A DNA stretch of 64,000 nucleotides, taken from assembly GCA_964202905.1 (NCBI GenBank), contig CAXNJO010000015.1, forward strand, positions 1-64,000. The letters are read 5' to 3'. This document shows, one piece after another, positions 9,333-21,200 of the stretch. The number at the start of each line of letters is the position of its first letter. Position 1 is the stretch's first letter. A model generated the notes under the pieces. That model was not told the DNA's origin. It made no database searches and saw only the letters and a list, made by a program, of their open reading frames with translations. Origin of the DNA: Polyangiales bacterium (GTDB lineage Bacteria > Myxococcota_A > Polyangia > Polyangiales > JADJQN01). Made by a program: the position numbers and the translations under genes.

Positions 9333-9581
9333 GATGCGGATCTTCCTCGGGGATACAGCGCTGCGGGAGCGTTCCTTGGAGCGAGCCCGAGAAGACCGCC
9401 GGCGAACGTCGAGAGCGTCGCTGCGAGCACGTACCGGGAGCGAGACCAGAGAACGTGCATCCATCGGTGGATGCGGGCGGAACCATGCGGCCCCGCGTGC
9501 CCGGCTGCAAGGCATGGCGCGCGATTCGGGGCCTGCCGGCATTGCCGCGCTGCGGCGCCCCGGCGGCGCGGCGGGCGCGAT

Positions 9582-9597
9582 TGACATACCTCTGTCA
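9582..9597. promoter_or_regulatory. Candidate operator TGACA-N6-TGTCA overlapping a TTGACA hexamer upstream of pfaD
   Basis: ttgacatacctctgtca at 9581-9597 in the divergent intergenic region. Confidence 0.4.
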
Positions 9598-9614
9598 CGG
9601 CACGGCGCGCGGCG

Positions 9615-11282
9615 TTGACGGCGAGCCCGGGGCCCCAGCATCCTCCGCGCGCTTTGGACGCCCTCCCTGCGGTCCCCTGTGTCGGCTCCTATCGTGCAGG
9701 CCCCGCGTCCCCCGCGTTCGACGCGGAGGCGCTCGCGGCCGCGCTCCCCCGCGTGCGCGAGCCCGTGCACGTGCTCTACGAGCGCGCGACAGGCCGCGTC
9801 GGGCTCGGGCACGGCGGTGAGGTGATGTCGGCCCGCGACGTGGGCGAGTACGCGCTGCTCGCCACGCTGCCCGCGTCGTATCCGGAGTGGCTCGGCGACC
9901 GCTCGTTCGGCGAGGCGCACGGCGTGCGCTTCCCGTACGTCGCGGGCGAGATGGCGAACGGCATCGCCACCGCGCGCATGGTCGTCGCGATGGCCCGCGC
10001 CGGGATGCTCGGCTTCTTCGGCGCCGCGGGGCTCGGCTACGGCAGGGTCGAAGCGGGGCTCGACGAGATCGTCGCGGCGCTCGGCGACGGCGACGCAGCG
10101 CCCTGGGGCGTGAACCTCATTCACTCGCCCGCCGAGCCCGAGCTCGAGGAGCGCGTCGCCGATCTGCTCGTCGCGCGCGGGGTGCGGCGCATCTCGGCGT
10201 CGGCGTTCATGGCGATGCAAACGTCGGTCGTGCGCTGCGCCGCCGCCGGCCTTCACCGCGATGCGTCGGGCCGGATCGTGCGCCGACACCACGTCTTCGC
10301 GAAGATCTCGCGGGCCGAGGTCGCTGCGCAGTTCATGGCGCCGCCCCCCGCCGAGATGCTGCGCGCGCTCGTCGCGCAGGGGCGCATCACGCCCGACGAG
10401 GCCGAGCTCGCCGCGCTCCTCCCCGTCGCCGAGGACATCACGGTCGAGGGGGACAGCGGCGGACACACCGACAACCAGACGCTCGTCGCGCTGTTCCCGC
10501 TGATCGTCGCGCTGCGCGACACGCTCGCGGCGAAGCACGGTTACCCGCGCCCCATCCGCGTGGGCGCCGCGGGCGGGCTCGGGACGCCGAGCGCGGTCGC
10601 CGCCGCATTCTCGCTCGGTGCGGCCTACGTCGTGACGGGGTCCGTGAACCAGGGCGCGATCGAGGCCGGGCTCTCCGATCCCGCGAAGGAGATGCTCGCC
10701 GGGGCCGGGATCGCCGACGTCGCGATGGCGGCCGCGGCCGACATGTTCGAGCTCGGCGTGAAGCTGCAGGTCCTCAAGCGCGGCACGATGTTCGCGGCCC
10801 GCGCGAACGCCCTCTACGACATCTACCGCCGCCACGACTCGCTCGAGGCGCTGCCGCCCGACATCCGCGCGAAGGTCGAGACGAAGCTGATCGGCGCGCC
10901 CATCGAGCAGGTCTGGCGCGAGACCGAGTCCTTCTGGCGCGAGCGCGATCCGGGGCAGATCGAGCGCGCGGCGACCGACGCCAAGCACCGAATGGCGCTC
11001 GTGTTCCGCTGGTATCTCGGCAAGTCGAGCCGCTGGGCGATCGAGGGCGATCCGCGCCGCCGCGCCGACTACCAGATCTGGTGCGGCCCCGCGATGGGCG
11101 CGTTCAACGACTGGGTGAAGGGCTCGTTCCTCGAGGAGCCGCGCGAACGCACCGTCGTGCAGATCGCCCTGAACCTGCTCGAGGGCGCCGTCGTCGCCGC
11201 GCGCGCCCAGCAGCTGCGCTCCTTCGGCGTGCCCATGCCCGCCTCCGCAGTGGCGCTCCGCCCCCGCCGCTTCCGCCTCTGA
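9615..11282 (+). CDS. pfaD: PUFA synthase enoyl reductase PfaD (myxobacterial pfa1)
   Basis: AGEMANGIA, VNLIHSP, ISASAFM, EGDSGGHTDN, GAAGGLGTP, TGSVNQ, ADMFELGVKLQVLKRGTMF, DYQIWCGPAMGAFN; start uncertain. Confidence 0.95.
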   Translation: MTASPGPQHPPRALDALPAVPCVGSYRAGPASPAFDAEALAAALPRVREPVHVLYERATGRVGLGHGGEVMSARDVGEYALLATLPASYPEWLGDRSFGEAHGVRFPYVAGEMANGIATARMVVAMARAGMLGFFGAAGLGYGRVEAGLDEIVAALGDGDAAPWGVNLIHSPAEPELEERVADLLVARGVRRISASAFMAMQTSVVRCAAAGLHRDASGRIVRRHHVFAKISRAEVAAQFMAPPPAEMLRALVAQGRITPDEAELAALLPVAEDITVEGDSGGHTDNQTLVALFPLIVALRDTLAAKHGYPRPIRVGAAGGLGTPSAVAAAFSLGAAYVVTGSVNQGAIEAGLSDPAKEMLAGAGIADVAMAAAADMFELGVKLQVLKRGTMFAARANALYDIYRRHDSLEALPPDIRAKVETKLIGAPIEQVWRETESFWRERDPGQIERAATDAKHRMALVFRWYLGKSSRWAIEGDPRRRADYQIWCGPAMGAFNDWVKGSFLEEPRERTVVQIALNLLEGAVVAARAQQLRSFGVPMPASAVALRPRRFRL

Positions 11283-11302
11283 CCACGAGCCACGAGCCCA
11301 CC

Positions 11303-14300
11303 ATGACGCAGCCTCCGTTCGCCGGTCCCGACGCGCGCCCCCTCTTCGCCGGCTCCGACGCCCCCGCGACCCCGATCGCGGTCGTCGGAATCGGTGCGCT
11401 CTTCCCCGGCTCGACGACGTCGATCGGGTTCTGGCGCGACATCCTCGAGGGCCGCGATCGGCTCACCGACATCCCCCGCACGCACTGGCTCCGCGAGGAC
11501 TACTTCGCGCCGAAGCCGGGCACGCCGGACAAGGTCTACGCGGCGCGCGGTGGCTTTCTCCCGGAGGTCGAGTTCTCGCCGATGGAGTTCGGCATGCCGC
11601 CGAGCACCATCCCCTCGACGGACACCGCGCAGCTGCTCGCGCTCGTGGTCGCCAAGCACGCGCTGCTCGAGGCGACCCGCGGCAAGTTCGAGTCGGTCGA
11701 CCGCAGCCGCATGAGCGTGATGCTCGGCGTCGCGTCGGCGACCGAGCTCGTCGGCTCGATGTCGGGGCGGTTGCAGCGCCCGATCGTCGAGCACGCGATG
11801 CGCACGGCCGGGCTCTCGCCCGAGGAGATCGCCAGCGTCGGCAAGGCCTTCGACGACTGCTACGTGCCCTGGCAGGAGAGCACCTTCCCCGGGCTTCTCG
11901 GCAACGTCGTCGCCGGCCGCATCACGAACCGACTCGATCTCGGCGGCACCAACGCCGTCGTCGACGCCGCGTGCGCGGGCTCGCTCGCCGCCGTCTCGAT
12001 GGCCATCGACGACCTCGCGCTCGGGCGCTCGGACCTCGTGCTCACCGGCGGTGTCGACGCGCTCAACGACATCTTCATGTTCATGTGTTTCGCGCAGACG
12101 GGCGCGCTCTCGGTGAGCGGCGACTGTCGCCCCTTCTCCGACCGCGCCGACGGCACGATGCTCGGTGAGGGCATCGGCATCCTCGCCCTGCGGCGCCTCG
12201 ACGACGCCGAGCGTGACGGCGACGCGATCTACGCGGTGATCCGCGGCCTCGGCTCGTCCTCGGACGGGAAGGCGAAGAGCATCTACGCGCCCTCGGCGAT
12301 GGGGCAGACGCTCGCGCTGCGCCGGGCCTACGCGCTCGCGGGCTACGGCCCCGAGACGGTCGGGCTCATCGAGGCGCACGGCACCGGCACCGTCGCGGGA
12401 GACGCCGCCGAGGTCGAGGCGCTGCGCATGGTCTTCGAAGCGGCGGGCGCCCCGCGCGGGGCGTGCGCGCTCGGCACGGTGAAGGCCCAGATCGGACACA
12501 CCAAGGCGGCAGCGGGCGCAGCCGGCCTCATCAAGGCCATCTTCGCGCTGCATCACAAGGTGCTGCCGCCGACGATCAAGGTCCGCGCACCGAACGAGAA
12601 GCTGCGCCTCGAGGAGAGCCCTTTCTACCTCAACACCGAGGCGCGCCCCTGGATCCACGACGCGCCCCATCCGCGCCGCGCATCGGTGAGCGCGCTCGGC
12701 TTCGGCGGCACGAACTTCCACGTCGCGCTCGAGGAGTACGTGGGCGCGTCCGAGCGCCCCGCGCGCATGCACACGGCACCGACGGAGCTGCTGCTGCTCG
12801 GCGCCGCGACGCCGGCCGCACTCGTCGAGGCCTGCCGCGCGGCCTCCGCGCGCCTCGGCGCATCCGGGGCGCTCACGCACCTCGCGAAAGCGTCGCAGCT
12901 CGCCTTCGATGCGGGCCTCCACGCGCGGCTCGCGGTCATCGCGTCCGACGAAGCCGACGCGCGCGACAAACTCGCGTCGGCCATCGCGTCGATCGAGAAG
13001 AGCCCGGACGCGGCCTTCTCGACCCCGCGCGGCGTGCACTACGGCGTGGGAGAGAGCGCGGGGCGCGGCGCGGTCGCGCTCCTCTTCCCGGGGCAGGGCA
13101 GTCAGTACCTCGGCATGGGCGCCGACCTCGCGATGCACTTCGACTCCGTGCGCGCGCTCTGGGACGACGCGGCCGCAGGCGTGCGTGACGGCGACACGAC
13201 GCTCGCCGCGCGCGTGCACCCGCGGCCCGTCTTCGGCGACGAGGCCCGTGAAACCCAAGAGAAATCGCTGACCGCGACCGAGTGGGCGCAGCCCGCGCTC
13301 ACCGCGACGAGCCTCGGGATGCTGCGACTGCTCGCGCGCACGGGCCTCTCGCCCGCGATGGTGGGCGGGCACAGCCTCGGCGAGGTCACCGCAGGTGCGG
13401 CCGCGGGGCTCTACGACGAACACACCGCGATCGCGATCGCGCGGCGCCGCGGTGAGCTGATGGCGAAGGCCAGCGCGACCCCGGGCGCGATGACGGCCGT
13501 CGCCGCCGACGCCGACACGGTGCGCAAGGACGTCGCCGAGCTCGACGTCGTCCTCGCCAACCACAACGCGCCGAAGCAGGTCGTGATTTCCGGCTCGGTC
13601 GCCGCGATCACCGAGGCCGAGGCGCGGCTCACGGCGTCGAAGCGCACCTTCCGTCGGCTCTCGGTGTCGACGGCCTTCCACTCGCCGCTCGTGAGCGACG
13701 CGGTCGCGCCGTTCCGCGCCTTCCTCGAGACGATGTCACTCGGCTCACCGCGACTCCCGCTCTTCGCGAACGCGACGGCCGCGCCGTATCCGATCACGCC
13801 CGACGCCGCGCGCGCGCAGCTCGCCGGCGCCGTCGCGAGCCCGGTGCGCTTCGTCGAGCAGCTCGACGCCATGTACGCGGCCGGCGCGCGCACCTTCGTC
13901 GAGGTCGGCCCCGACGCCGTGCTCTCGAAGCTCGTCGAGCGCGGCCTCGAAGGCCGCCCGCACCTCGCCGTCTCCCTCGACCAGCGCGGCAAGCACGGCC
14001 TCACGGCGCTGCAAACAGCCCTCGGACGCCTCGCCGTCGCGGGGCACCACCTCGACTTCGCGCCCCTCTGGGAGGGCCTCGCGCTCCCCGAGGACCGCGC
14101 CAGCAAGCCCCCCGCGAAGTTCACCGTGACGCTCAGCGGCGCGAACTACGCCAAGCCCTATCCGACGAAAGAGCCGCCCGTCTATCCGGCAGCGCGGACG
14201 GCGCCCGCAGCGACCGAGCCGCGCGCGACGCCGGCCGCACGCTCCCCGTCCACCGCGACGTCCAACGGACACCAAGCCCCCACGAACGGCGCCGCGCGTC

Positions 14301-17300
14301 CCACGCAGAATCCCGCTCTGAATACCGCGCAGAATCCAGCGCTGACATCGACGCAGACTCCCACCGGAACTCCGACGCACGCCATGACGACTCCCACGCA
14401 CTCCGCGCCGCTCTCCGCCTCCGTTCCCGCTGCAGCGCAGCCCGTCGCCGCGACGCCGAGCACCGCGCCCGTCGTCCATGCCGCGCAGACCGCGGGCGCC
14501 GCCGGCTGGGTCGACGCGCTCCAGCAGCTCCAGGCGCCGGCGATCGCCGCGCAGCTCGAGTTCCAGCGCCTGATGGCCGAGAGCCACATGGCCTTCCTGC
14601 GCGCGGTGGAGACGTCCTTCGCCGCCGTGCTCCCGGGGGCCATCGCGACGCCTCCTGCGCCGACGTTCGCCGCAGCGCCGCTGTTGACTGCCCCTGCCCT
14701 GCCCGTGCCGGCCCAAGCGCCGCCCGTCCCGGTCCCCGCCGCGCCCGCCGCATGGACGACACCCGCTCCCGCGCCCATTCAGAATCCGACTCTCGCACCC
14801 GCGCAGAATCCCATTCAGAATCCAGCGCTGAATGGCACGCTCGCTGCGCCCACGCCGATCGCGGCGCCTGTTTCCGCACCGCCGGCGAGCGCGCCCGCGC
14901 GCCCGGCTGCGGCAGCGTCCGTGGACCTGACGCCCGTCCTGCTCGCCATCGTCGCGGAGAAGACGGGCTATCCCGCCGAGATGATCGACACCGGCATGGA
15001 CATGGAGGCCGACCTCGGCATCGACTCCATCAAGCGCGTCGAGATCCTCTCCGCCATGCGCCAGCAGGTCCCCGATCTGCCGCAGATGAACAACGCGAAG
15101 ATGGCCGCGACGCGCACACTCGCCGAGATCGTCGCGCTCTTCGGCGCCGCCCTCCCGGCACCGGCGAATGGTGAATCGGCCACGGCACCGAGCGCTGCGA
15201 ATGGCTCACTCCCCGCCGCGTCGACTGCCCACGTCGCGCCCCCCGCGCTGGGCAGCGCGACTGGCCACGTCGCGCCCTCCGCATCGGCTCCCGCGACAGC
15301 CGCGCTCCCCGCGCTGACGCCCATCCTGCTCGCCATCGTCGCGGAGAAGACGGGCTATCCCGCCGAGATGATCGACACCGGCATGGACATGGAGGCCGAC
15401 CTCGGCATCGACTCCATCAAGCGCGTCGAGATCCTCTCCGCCATGCGCCAGCAGGTGCCGAATCTGCCGCAGGTGAACACCGCGAAGATGGCCGCGATGC
15501 GCACGCTCGCGCAGATCATCGAGCTGATGAGCGCGAGCGCCGCGCCCGCTCCGGCGCAGCCTGCAGCCGCGCAGCCCCTCGCTGCCGCCGCGGCCCCGAG
15601 CGCGCCTGTCGCGCAAGCCGCGTCGAGCGGCGTGAACGCGGCCGCGCTCACCCCCGTGCTGCTCGCCATCGTCGCGGAGAAGACGGGCTATCCCGCCGAG
15701 ATGATCGACACCGGCATGGACATGGAGGCCGACCTCGGCATCGACTCCATCAAGCGCGTCGAGATCCTCTCCGCCATGCGCCAGCAGGTGCCGAATCTGC
15801 CGCAGGTCAACACTGCGAAGATGGCGAGCATGCGCACGCTCGCCCAGATCATCGGGCTCTTCGAAGCGGGCGGCGCCCCGACCAGCGCGACGACGGCCTT
15901 ATCCGCGCGCGGTGTGCCCGCCTCCGATCCGGCCGATTCCGTCCTCCGCCTCGCGGTGCGCGCCGTGCCCGCACCCGCCGCGGGCTTCACGCTGCCGGGC
16001 CTCGTGGGACGCGGGCGCGTCGCCATCACACCGGATGGTGCAGGCGTGGCCGCGGCGCTCGTCGCGGGGCTGCGCGCGCGGGGTGTCGATGCCTTCGAGA
16101 CCGCGGCCGTCCCCCCCGACGTCACGGGCGTGATGTTCCTGGGCGGGCTCCGCACCACGCACATCGACGGCGCACTCGCCGTGAATCGCGAAGCCTTCGC
16201 GGCGGCGCGCAGCGTCGCGGCGCGCTTCCGCGAGGAGGGCGGCTGCTTCGTCACCGTGCAGGACACGGGCGGCGACTTCGGCCTCTCGGGCGGCGCGGGC
16301 GAGCGCGCGTGGCTCGCGGGGCTCGCGGCGCTCACGAAGACGGCTGGCGAGGAGTGGCCACACGCGGCGGTCCGCGCGATCGACCTCGCGCGCGGCGGCC
16401 GCAGCGACGCGCAGATCGCGGAGGCGCTGATCGCAGAGTTGTTCGCGGGCGGCGTGGAGCGTGAGGTGGGGCTCGCCGGGGACGGCACGCGCATCACGCT
16501 CGTCGGCGTGCCGACGCCGCTCGCGGGCACGTCGGTCGCGGCGCTGCCGCGCGGCGCGGTCTTCGTCGTCACGGGCGGGGCGCGCGGGGTCACGGCCGCG
16601 TCCATCGTCGCGCTCGCGAAGGCCGCGGCGCCGCGCGTGCTGCTGCTCGGTCGCACCGCGATCGAGGACGAGCCCGCCGCCTTCCATGGCATCGCGGACG
16701 AGGCCGCGCTCAAGCGCACCGCGCTCGACGAGGCCCGCCGCAGCGGCGTGCCCGTCACGCCCAAGGAGCTCGGCGCCCGGGTCGAGCGCCTGCTCGCGAA
16801 CCGCGAGGTGCGCGGCACGCTCGCGCAGCTGCGCGAGGCGGGCGCCGAGGCGCGCTATGCGGCCGTCGACGTGCGCGACCCGGCCGCGCTCGGCGCGCTC
16901 CTCGACGACGTGCGCCGCAGCTGGGGCCCGATCCGCGGGCTCGTGCATGGCGCGGGCGTGCTCGCCGACGCGCTCCTCGACAAGAAGACCGACGCGCAGT
17001 TCGACCGCGTCTTCGACACGAAGGTGCTCGGCCTCCGCGCGCTGCTCGACGCGACGCAGGGCGATCCGCTCGCGTGGCTCTGTCTCTTCTCGTCGGTGGC
17101 CGCGCGCGGCGGCAACGCGGGACAGGCCGACTACGCGATGGCCAACGAGATCCTCAACAAAGTGGCGGCTTCCGAGGCCACTCGCCGCGGCGCGACCTGC
17201 CGCGTCGTCTCCATCGGCTGGGGCCCGTGGGATGGCGGCATGGTCACGCCGACGCTGCGCGCGCACTTCGCGTCGCGGGGCGTCGCGCTGCTGCCCGTCG

Positions 17301-18208
17301 ATGCCGGTGCGTCGGCCTTCGTGCGCGAGCTCGCCGCGAGCCCGGGCGCGGCTCGCGAATTGGTCATCGGCGGCGGCGATGCAGGCCTGCACGGCGGCGC
17401 CTCCCCCCGTTTGCGCGGCGAGGTCCTCGTCTCGCGCGCGACGCATCCGCAGCTCGACGGGCACCGCATCAAGGGCCGCCCCGTGCTGCCGATGGTGCTC
17501 GCGCTCGAGTGGTTCGCGCGGCTCGCGCGGGCCGCACATCCCGAGCGCGCCTCGGTGCAGCTCCGCGACGCGCGCGTCGTGCGTGGCGTGCCGCTCGCGA
17601 ACTTCGACGGCGCGGGCGATCGCTTCACCGTCACGACGAGCCCCGGCGAGGCTGGCGACACGCTCCTCGAGCTGCGCGATGCAGCGGGCGCCGTCCGCTA
17701 CGCCGCGACGCTCGCACCGGGCAGCGCGGAGCCCGCGCGGGCCGAGCCGCTCAACGGCCACCCGCTCGCTGCGAGCCCGTGGTCCGAGGCGCAGCTCTAC
17801 GCTGCCGACACGCTCTTCCACGGCCCTGATTTTCAGGTGATTCGCGCGATCGAGGGCCTCTCCGAGCACGGCGCGCGCGCGCGCTTCACGGCCACGGCTG
17901 AGACGAACTGGCCCGCCGAGCCGTGGGCCACCGACCTCGCCGCCGTCGACGGCGCGCTGCAGCTCGCGATCCTCTGCGGCCTGCGCACGGTGGGCCCCAC
18001 GCTGCCGCTGCGCGTCGGCCGCATCGGCTACGCGGCGCGCCCCGGCACGGGCCCCGTGCACTGCGCGCTGCGCGTGCGCAGCCAGACACCCGAGCGAATC
18101 GTCTGCGACGTCGCGCTCTCCGACGCGAGCGGCGCGGCCGTCGCCGACCTCGTCGACGTCGAGCTCTACGCCGTGCCGACGGGCACCACCGACACGACCG
18201 CGAGCTGA
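11303..18208 (+). CDS. pfaA: PUFA synthase PfaA / pfa2: KS-MAT-ACP-ACP-ACP-KR-DH
   Basis: [35 protein letters not shown]; three [13 protein letters not shown]s; [26 protein letters not shown]. Confidence 0.95.
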   Translation: MTQPPFAGPDARPLFAGSDAPATPIAVVGIGALFPGSTTSIGFWRDILEGRDRLTDIPRTHWLREDYFAPKPGTPDKVYAARGGFLPEVEFSPMEFGMPPSTIPSTDTAQLLALVVAKHALLEATRGKFESVDRSRMSVMLGVASATELVGSMSGRLQRPIVEHAMRTAGLSPEEIASVGKAFDDCYVPWQESTFPGLLGNVVAGRITNRLDLGGTNAVVDAACAGSLAAVSMAIDDLALGRSDLVLTGGVDALNDIFMFMCFAQTGALSVSGDCRPFSDRADGTMLGEGIGILALRRLDDAERDGDAIYAVIRGLGSSSDGKAKSIYAPSAMGQTLALRRAYALAGYGPETVGLIEAHGTGTVAGDAAEVEALRMVFEAAGAPRGACALGTVKAQIGHTKAAAGAAGLIKAIFALHHKVLPPTIKVRAPNEKLRLEESPFYLNTEARPWIHDAPHPRRASVSALGFGGTNFHVALEEYVGASERPARMHTAPTELLLLGAATPAALVEACRAASARLGASGALTHLAKASQLAFDAGLHARLAVIASDEADARDKLASAIASIEKSPDAAFSTPRGVHYGVGESAGRGAVALLFPGQGSQYLGMGADLAMHFDSVRALWDDAAAGVRDGDTTLAARVHPRPVFGDEARETQEKSLTATEWAQPALTATSLGMLRLLARTGLSPAMVGGHSLGEVTAGAAAGLYDEHTAIAIARRRGELMAKASATPGAMTAVAADADTVRKDVAELDVVLANHNAPKQVVISGSVAAITEAEARLTASKRTFRRLSVSTAFHSPLVSDAVAPFRAFLETMSLGSPRLPLFANATAAPYPITPDAARAQLAGAVASPVRFVEQLDAMYAAGARTFVEVGPDAVLSKLVERGLEGRPHLAVSLDQRGKHGLTALQTALGRLAVAGHHLDFAPLWEGLALPEDRASKPPAKFTVTLSGANYAKPYPTKEPPVYPAARTAPAATEPRATPAARSPSTATSNGHQAPTNGAARPTQNPALNTAQNPALTSTQTPTGTPTHAMTTPTHSAPLSASVPAAAQPVAATPSTAPVVHAAQTAGAAGWVDALQQLQAPAIAAQLEFQRLMAESHMAFLRAVETSFAAVLPGAIATPPAPTFAAAPLLTAPALPVPAQAPPVPVPAAPAAWTTPAPAPIQNPTLAPAQNPIQNPALNGTLAAPTPIAAPVSAPPASAPARPAAAASVDLTPVLLAIVAEKTGYPAEMIDTGMDMEADLGIDSIKRVEILSAMRQQVPDLPQMNNAKMAATRTLAEIVALFGAALPAPANGESATAPSAANGSLPAASTAHVAPPALGSATGHVAPSASAPATAALPALTPILLAIVAEKTGYPAEMIDTGMDMEADLGIDSIKRVEILSAMRQQVPNLPQVNTAKMAAMRTLAQIIELMSASAAPAPAQPAAAQPLAAAAAPSAPVAQAASSGVNAAALTPVLLAIVAEKTGYPAEMIDTGMDMEADLGIDSIKRVEILSAMRQQVPNLPQVNTAKMASMRTLAQIIGLFEAGGAPTSATTALSARGVPASDPADSVLRLAVRAVPAPAAGFTLPGLVGRGRVAITPDGAGVAAALVAGLRARGVDAFETAAVPPDVTGVMFLGGLRTTHIDGALAVNREAFAAARSVAARFREEGGCFVTVQDTGGDFGLSGGAGERAWLAGLAALTKTAGEEWPHAAVRAIDLARGGRSDAQIAEALIAELFAGGVEREVGLAGDGTRITLVGVPTPLAGTSVAALPRGAVFVVTGGARGVTAASIVALAKAAAPRVLLLGRTAIEDEPAAFHGIADEAALKRTALDEARRSGVPVTPKELGARVERLLANREVRGTLAQLREAGAEARYAAVDVRDPAALGALLDDVRRSWGPIRGLVHGAGVLADALLDKKTDAQFDRVFDTKVLGLRALLDATQGDPLAWLCLFSSVAARGGNAGQADYAMANEILNKVAASEATRRGATCRVVSIGWGPWDGGMVTPTLRAHFASRGVALLPVDAGASAFVRELAASPGAARELVIGGGDAGLHGGASPRLRGEVLVSRATHPQLDGHRIKGRPVLPMVLALEWFARLARAAHPERASVQLRDARVVRGVPLANFDGAGDRFTVTTSPGEAGDTLLELRDAAGAVRYAATLAPGSAEPARAEPLNGHPLAASPWSEAQLYAADTLFHGPDFQVIRAIEGLSEHGARARFTATAETNWPAEPWATDLAAVDGALQLAILCGLRTVGPTLPLRVGRIGYAARPGTGPVHCALRVRSQTPERIVCDVALSDASGAAVADLVDVELYAVPTGTTDTTAS
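14941..15789 (+). repeat. Three ACP-coding repeats with an identical 129-nt core
   Basis: Identical cores at 14941-15069, 15328-15456 and 15661-15789. Confidence 0.9.
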
Positions 18209-18211
18209 GCC

Positions 18212-21200
18212 ATGTCCTCCTCCCCGAGCTTCCCGCCCATCGCCATCGTCGGGCAGGGCTGCGTGCTGCCCGGCGCGCTCGACCCGGAGGCCCTCTGGTC
18301 GCTCGTCCGCGCGGGGCGCTCGGCCCTCTCGCCGGGTGGCACCGATCGCTGGCGCCTCGACGCGCACGCCGATCGAACGAAGCTCGCCAAGGAGGTCGCG
18401 AGCGACGTCGGCGGCCACGTCACGGGCTTCGAGTCCGTCTTCGATCCGCAGGGATTTGCGCTTCCTGCCGCGTCCCTGCGCGGCCTCGATGCGGTCTTCA
18501 CGTGGCCGCTGCACGCCGCGCGCGAGGCGCTCCGCAGCGCCGGCCTCGGCGCGCTCGACGCCCAGCCGCGCGGCACCGTCGTGCTCGGCAACCTCAGCTA
18601 TCCGACGCCCGGCCTCGTCGACCTCGCCCTCGAGACGTGGAGCGGCGCGCAGCGCAGCGTCGACGCGCGCAACCGCTTCATGTCGGGCCTGCCCGCGCAC
18701 CTCGTCGCCGAGGCGGTGCGCTTCGGCGGCGGCGCATACGCGGTCGACGCGGCCTGCGCGTCCTCGCTCTACGCGATCAAGCTCGCCTGCGATCGGCTGC
18801 ACGACGGTGACGCCGACATCGCGCTCGCCGGCGGCGTGAACCACGCGGACGATCTCTTCCTCCACGGCGGCTTCTCCGCGCTCCGCGCGCTCAGCCCGAG
18901 CGGGCAGAGCCGCCCCTTCCACCGGGACGCCGACGGCCTCGTCCCCGCGCAGGGCGCGGCGATGCTCGTGCTCATGCGCGTCGAGGACGCCGTGCGCACC
19001 GGACGCCCGATTTTCGGTGTGATTCGCGGGGTTGGGCTCTCCAACGACGGCCGCAGCCGCGGCCTCATGGTGCCCGCCGAAGAGGGCCAGATCCGCGCGC
19101 TGCGCGCCGCCTACGCGGGCAGCGGCCTCTCGCCGTCCGACATCTCGCTCGTCGAGTGCCACGCCACGGGCACGCCCGTCGGCGACGGCGCCGAAATTCG
19201 CAGCATGCGCGAGGTCTTCGCGGGTGCGCGCGCGCTGCCGATCGGCTCGCTCAAGTCGAACCTCGGTCACCTCATCACCGCGTCCGGCGCCGCCGCCGTG
19301 ATCAAGGTGCTCGCCGCGATGCGCCACGGCGTGCGACCGCCGACGCGCGACACCGACGCGCCCCTCGACGAGCTCGCCGACGGCATGTTCCGCCCGCTCC
19401 GCGCGGAAGAGCCGTGGACGTGCGAGGGCCCGCGCCGCGCCGCGATCAGCAACTTCGGCTTCGGCGGCAACAACGCCCATCTCCTCCTCGAAGAATGGAC
19501 GCCCTCGACCGCCGCCGCGCTCGCCGGGCTCCCCGGCCGCCGCACGCCCGACACCGCGCCCATCGCCGTCGTCGCGCAGGCCGTCCGCGCGGGCGCTGCG
19601 CCCACCCCCTCCGCATTCGACGCCCTCGCGCTCGACGCCACCGCCACCGCGACACCGCCCACCACGCAGGCACGCGACATCTCCGTCGAGGCCGCCGGGC
19701 TCCGTTTTCCGCCCACGGATCTGCGTGCCTCGCTCGCGCAGCAGCTCCTCCTCGTCGAGGCCGCGCAGGCCCTCGACGCGCCGCTCGCGCGGCTCCCGCA
19801 CGCGCGCACGAGCGTGCTCGTCGGCATGCAGTGCGACGCCGAGGTCGCGCGCCACGCGATCCGCTGGCGCGGCGCGCGCACCTGGCTCGACGCGCTGCCC
19901 GCCGCGCTCCGCGACGAGCCGCTCAGCGGCGCGGGCGTGATCGGCTGCATGCCGAACATCGTCGCGAATCGCCTCAGCCACCAGCTCGATCTGCGCGGCC
20001 CGAGCTTCGCCGTCTCGGCCGAAGAGGCGTCCGGAACCGTCGCCCTCGCGCTCGGCGTCCGTGCGCTCCGCGCCGGCGAGATCGACGCAGCGGTCATCGG
20101 CGCGGTCGACCTCGCCGCCGAACCCGTGCAGGCGGCTGCCGCGCGCGCCCTGCTCCCGGCCGCACGCCACACGCCCGGCGACGCCGCGGTGCTGCTGGTG
20201 CTCAAGCGCCACGAGGACGCGCTCCGCGATGGCGACGCGGTGCTCGCGCTCGTCGACGCGGACATCGGCGCGCCCGCGGCCGCCGTCGGCGACGAACGAA
20301 GCCTCGCGAGCCTCACGCTCGCGCTCACGCCCGACGACGCCGGCCTCACGCCGCGCTTCGGCCACGCGCACGCCGCGTCGGGGCTCCTCCACGTCGCCGC
20401 GGCCATCACGGCGTGCGCGCACCACGCGCTCCCGTCGCGCGTCGGCCCGATGCCCTGGCTCCCCGCGCGGGGCGTGCGCGCCGCCGACGTCACCGTCACC
20501 GCGCTCGGCGGCACCACGACGCACACGCGCCTCACCGCGGCCGACACCGCAAGCACCTTGATGCTTCGCGGCGAGCGGCCGCGCCTCGGCACCTTCGCCG
20601 CGGACACGCGCGAGGCGCTCCTCACCGCGCTCGCGACGGGCGACACCGCGACGCGCGGCGCGCTCCGCGTCGCCATCACGGCCGACTCGGCCGCCGACTA
20701 CACGCGTCGCCTCGAGCGCGCGCACGCCCTCGTCGCGTCGGGTCGGCTCGACGGCGGCGGCACGCTCGCGGTGACGCTCGACGACGGCATCCACTACGGC
20801 TCAGGCACGCTCGAAGGCGAATTGTCGTTCGTCTTCACCGGCGCCGCGGGCGCGTATCCCCACATGGGGCGCGACCTCGCGCTCGCCCTCCCCGAGCTGG
20901 TCGATCGCTTCGCCGCGCGCGCGGGCGCCGTGCGCGAGGCGGCCGGCTGGGTCTACGGCGACGACCCCGCGCTCACGACGACGCCCGCCGACAAACTCTG
21001 GGGCGCCTCGTACCTCTGCCAGCTCCACGCCGAGCTCACGCGCGGCCTCCTCGCGATGCGGCCAAGCGCGGCCATCGGCTACTGCTCGGGCGAGACCAAC
21101 TCGCTCTTCGCGCTCGGCGCGTGGGGTGACCTCGATGGATTCCGCGACGACATCGCCGCCTCGCTCGTCTACGAGCGCGAGCTGTGCGGTGAGCTGCGCT

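Noticed and set aside
15899..20794. Very long antisense or alternate-frame ORFs (also 48143..51919, 44392..47475, 4981..7785, 35043..38951)
   Set aside because: Shadow ORFs expected at this GC content; Arg/Ala/Gly-rich, no motifs, overlapping well-supported genes.
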